From a virus (lineage: Duplodnaviria > Heunggongvirae > Uroviricota > Caudoviricetes): a stretch of DNA of 6,552 nt. Numbering within the stretch: the stretch's first letter is position 1; each line of letters opens with the position of its first letter. The notes under the pieces are model-generated. The model saw only the letters and a list, made by a program, of their open reading frames with translations, was not told the DNA's origin and did not search any database. The DNA lies in IMG/VR virus record IMGVR_UViG_2778261527_000003, one strand, 5' to 3'. Shown here in pieces: positions 6,277 through 6,552 of this stretch. A program made the translations under genes and the position numbers.

Positions 6277-6552
6277 TCAGGCCAGCACACCAATCGCCAG
6301 TGCGCGATCGATAAAACGAAATATCAGCTCCAGCTGGGAGCCATACTTCTCTTCAAATGCCACGGTACCCTGGCGACGCGCCTTACGCGTTAACCAGCCT
6401 TCTGCTTCCAGCCGTGCGATAGCCGTTCTGACGGTACTCATCCCCGCGCCAATCTGGCGGGCAATGGTTTCAATCGATGGCCAGCACACACCTTCGTCAT
6501 TACTGAAATCAGCCAGGCGGGCCATAATTGCCACGCTGGATAATTTCATGCC
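6277..6552 (-). CDS. Probable winged-helix/HTH DNA-binding protein, 90 aa or more; 5' end may lie beyond the window
   Basis: [64 protein letters not shown]...; the [17 protein letters not shown] segment looks like a recognition helix plus wing. The frame remains open to the window edge. Family not recognised with certainty. Confidence 0.5.
   Translation of the reverse strand, partial: GMKLSSVAIMARLADFSNDEGVCWPSIETIARQIGAGMSTVRTAIARLEAEGWLTRKARRQGTVAFEEKYGSQLELIFRFIDRALAIGVLA

Noticed and set aside
1-6552. CRISPR arrays, rRNA, integrase/att sites, toxin-antitoxin or dedicated defence systems
   Set aside because: No regularly spaced direct repeats and no ORFs with nuclease, integrase or toxin features; every sizeable ORF is accounted for by lambdoid late-region genes or the porin.

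Overview
This window is the late/lysis region of a lambdoid (lambda/DLP12-like) prophage of an enterobacterium, most likely E. coli. All identifications are from reading the sequence and recalled similarity to lambda and DLP12 proteins; no database search was run. Reading from high to low coordinates, the phage late direction is the minus strand: a partial winged-helix-like ORF, a Q-family antiterminator, and a junction where the expected late promoter and a tR'-like terminator overlap the 3'UTR of a plus-strand porin gene (nmpC/lc type, intact 365 aa). Then comes a 540-bp AT-rich porin regulatory region, followed by a lysis cassette with a phage-21-type dual-start pinholin and SAR endolysin and lambda-type Rz/Rz1. 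Further down are bor (plus), ybcV-like (plus), ybcW-like (minus) and ylcI-like (plus) genes, then an intact lambda-type cos site (cosN plus cosB R3-I1-R2-R1). The first 16 codons of terminase small subunit Nu1 are fused in frame to a tail fiber assembly gene (tfa) that runs off the window; the ORF track missed this ORF. That fusion implies deletion of the head and tail genes, so the prophage is defective. I found no CRISPR array, tRNA, rRNA, IS element or convincing novel defence or toxin system; the window is a well-understood accessory region. The most interesting points are the Nu1::tfa deletion scar beside an intact cos and the convergent, overlapping transcription signals between Q and the porin.
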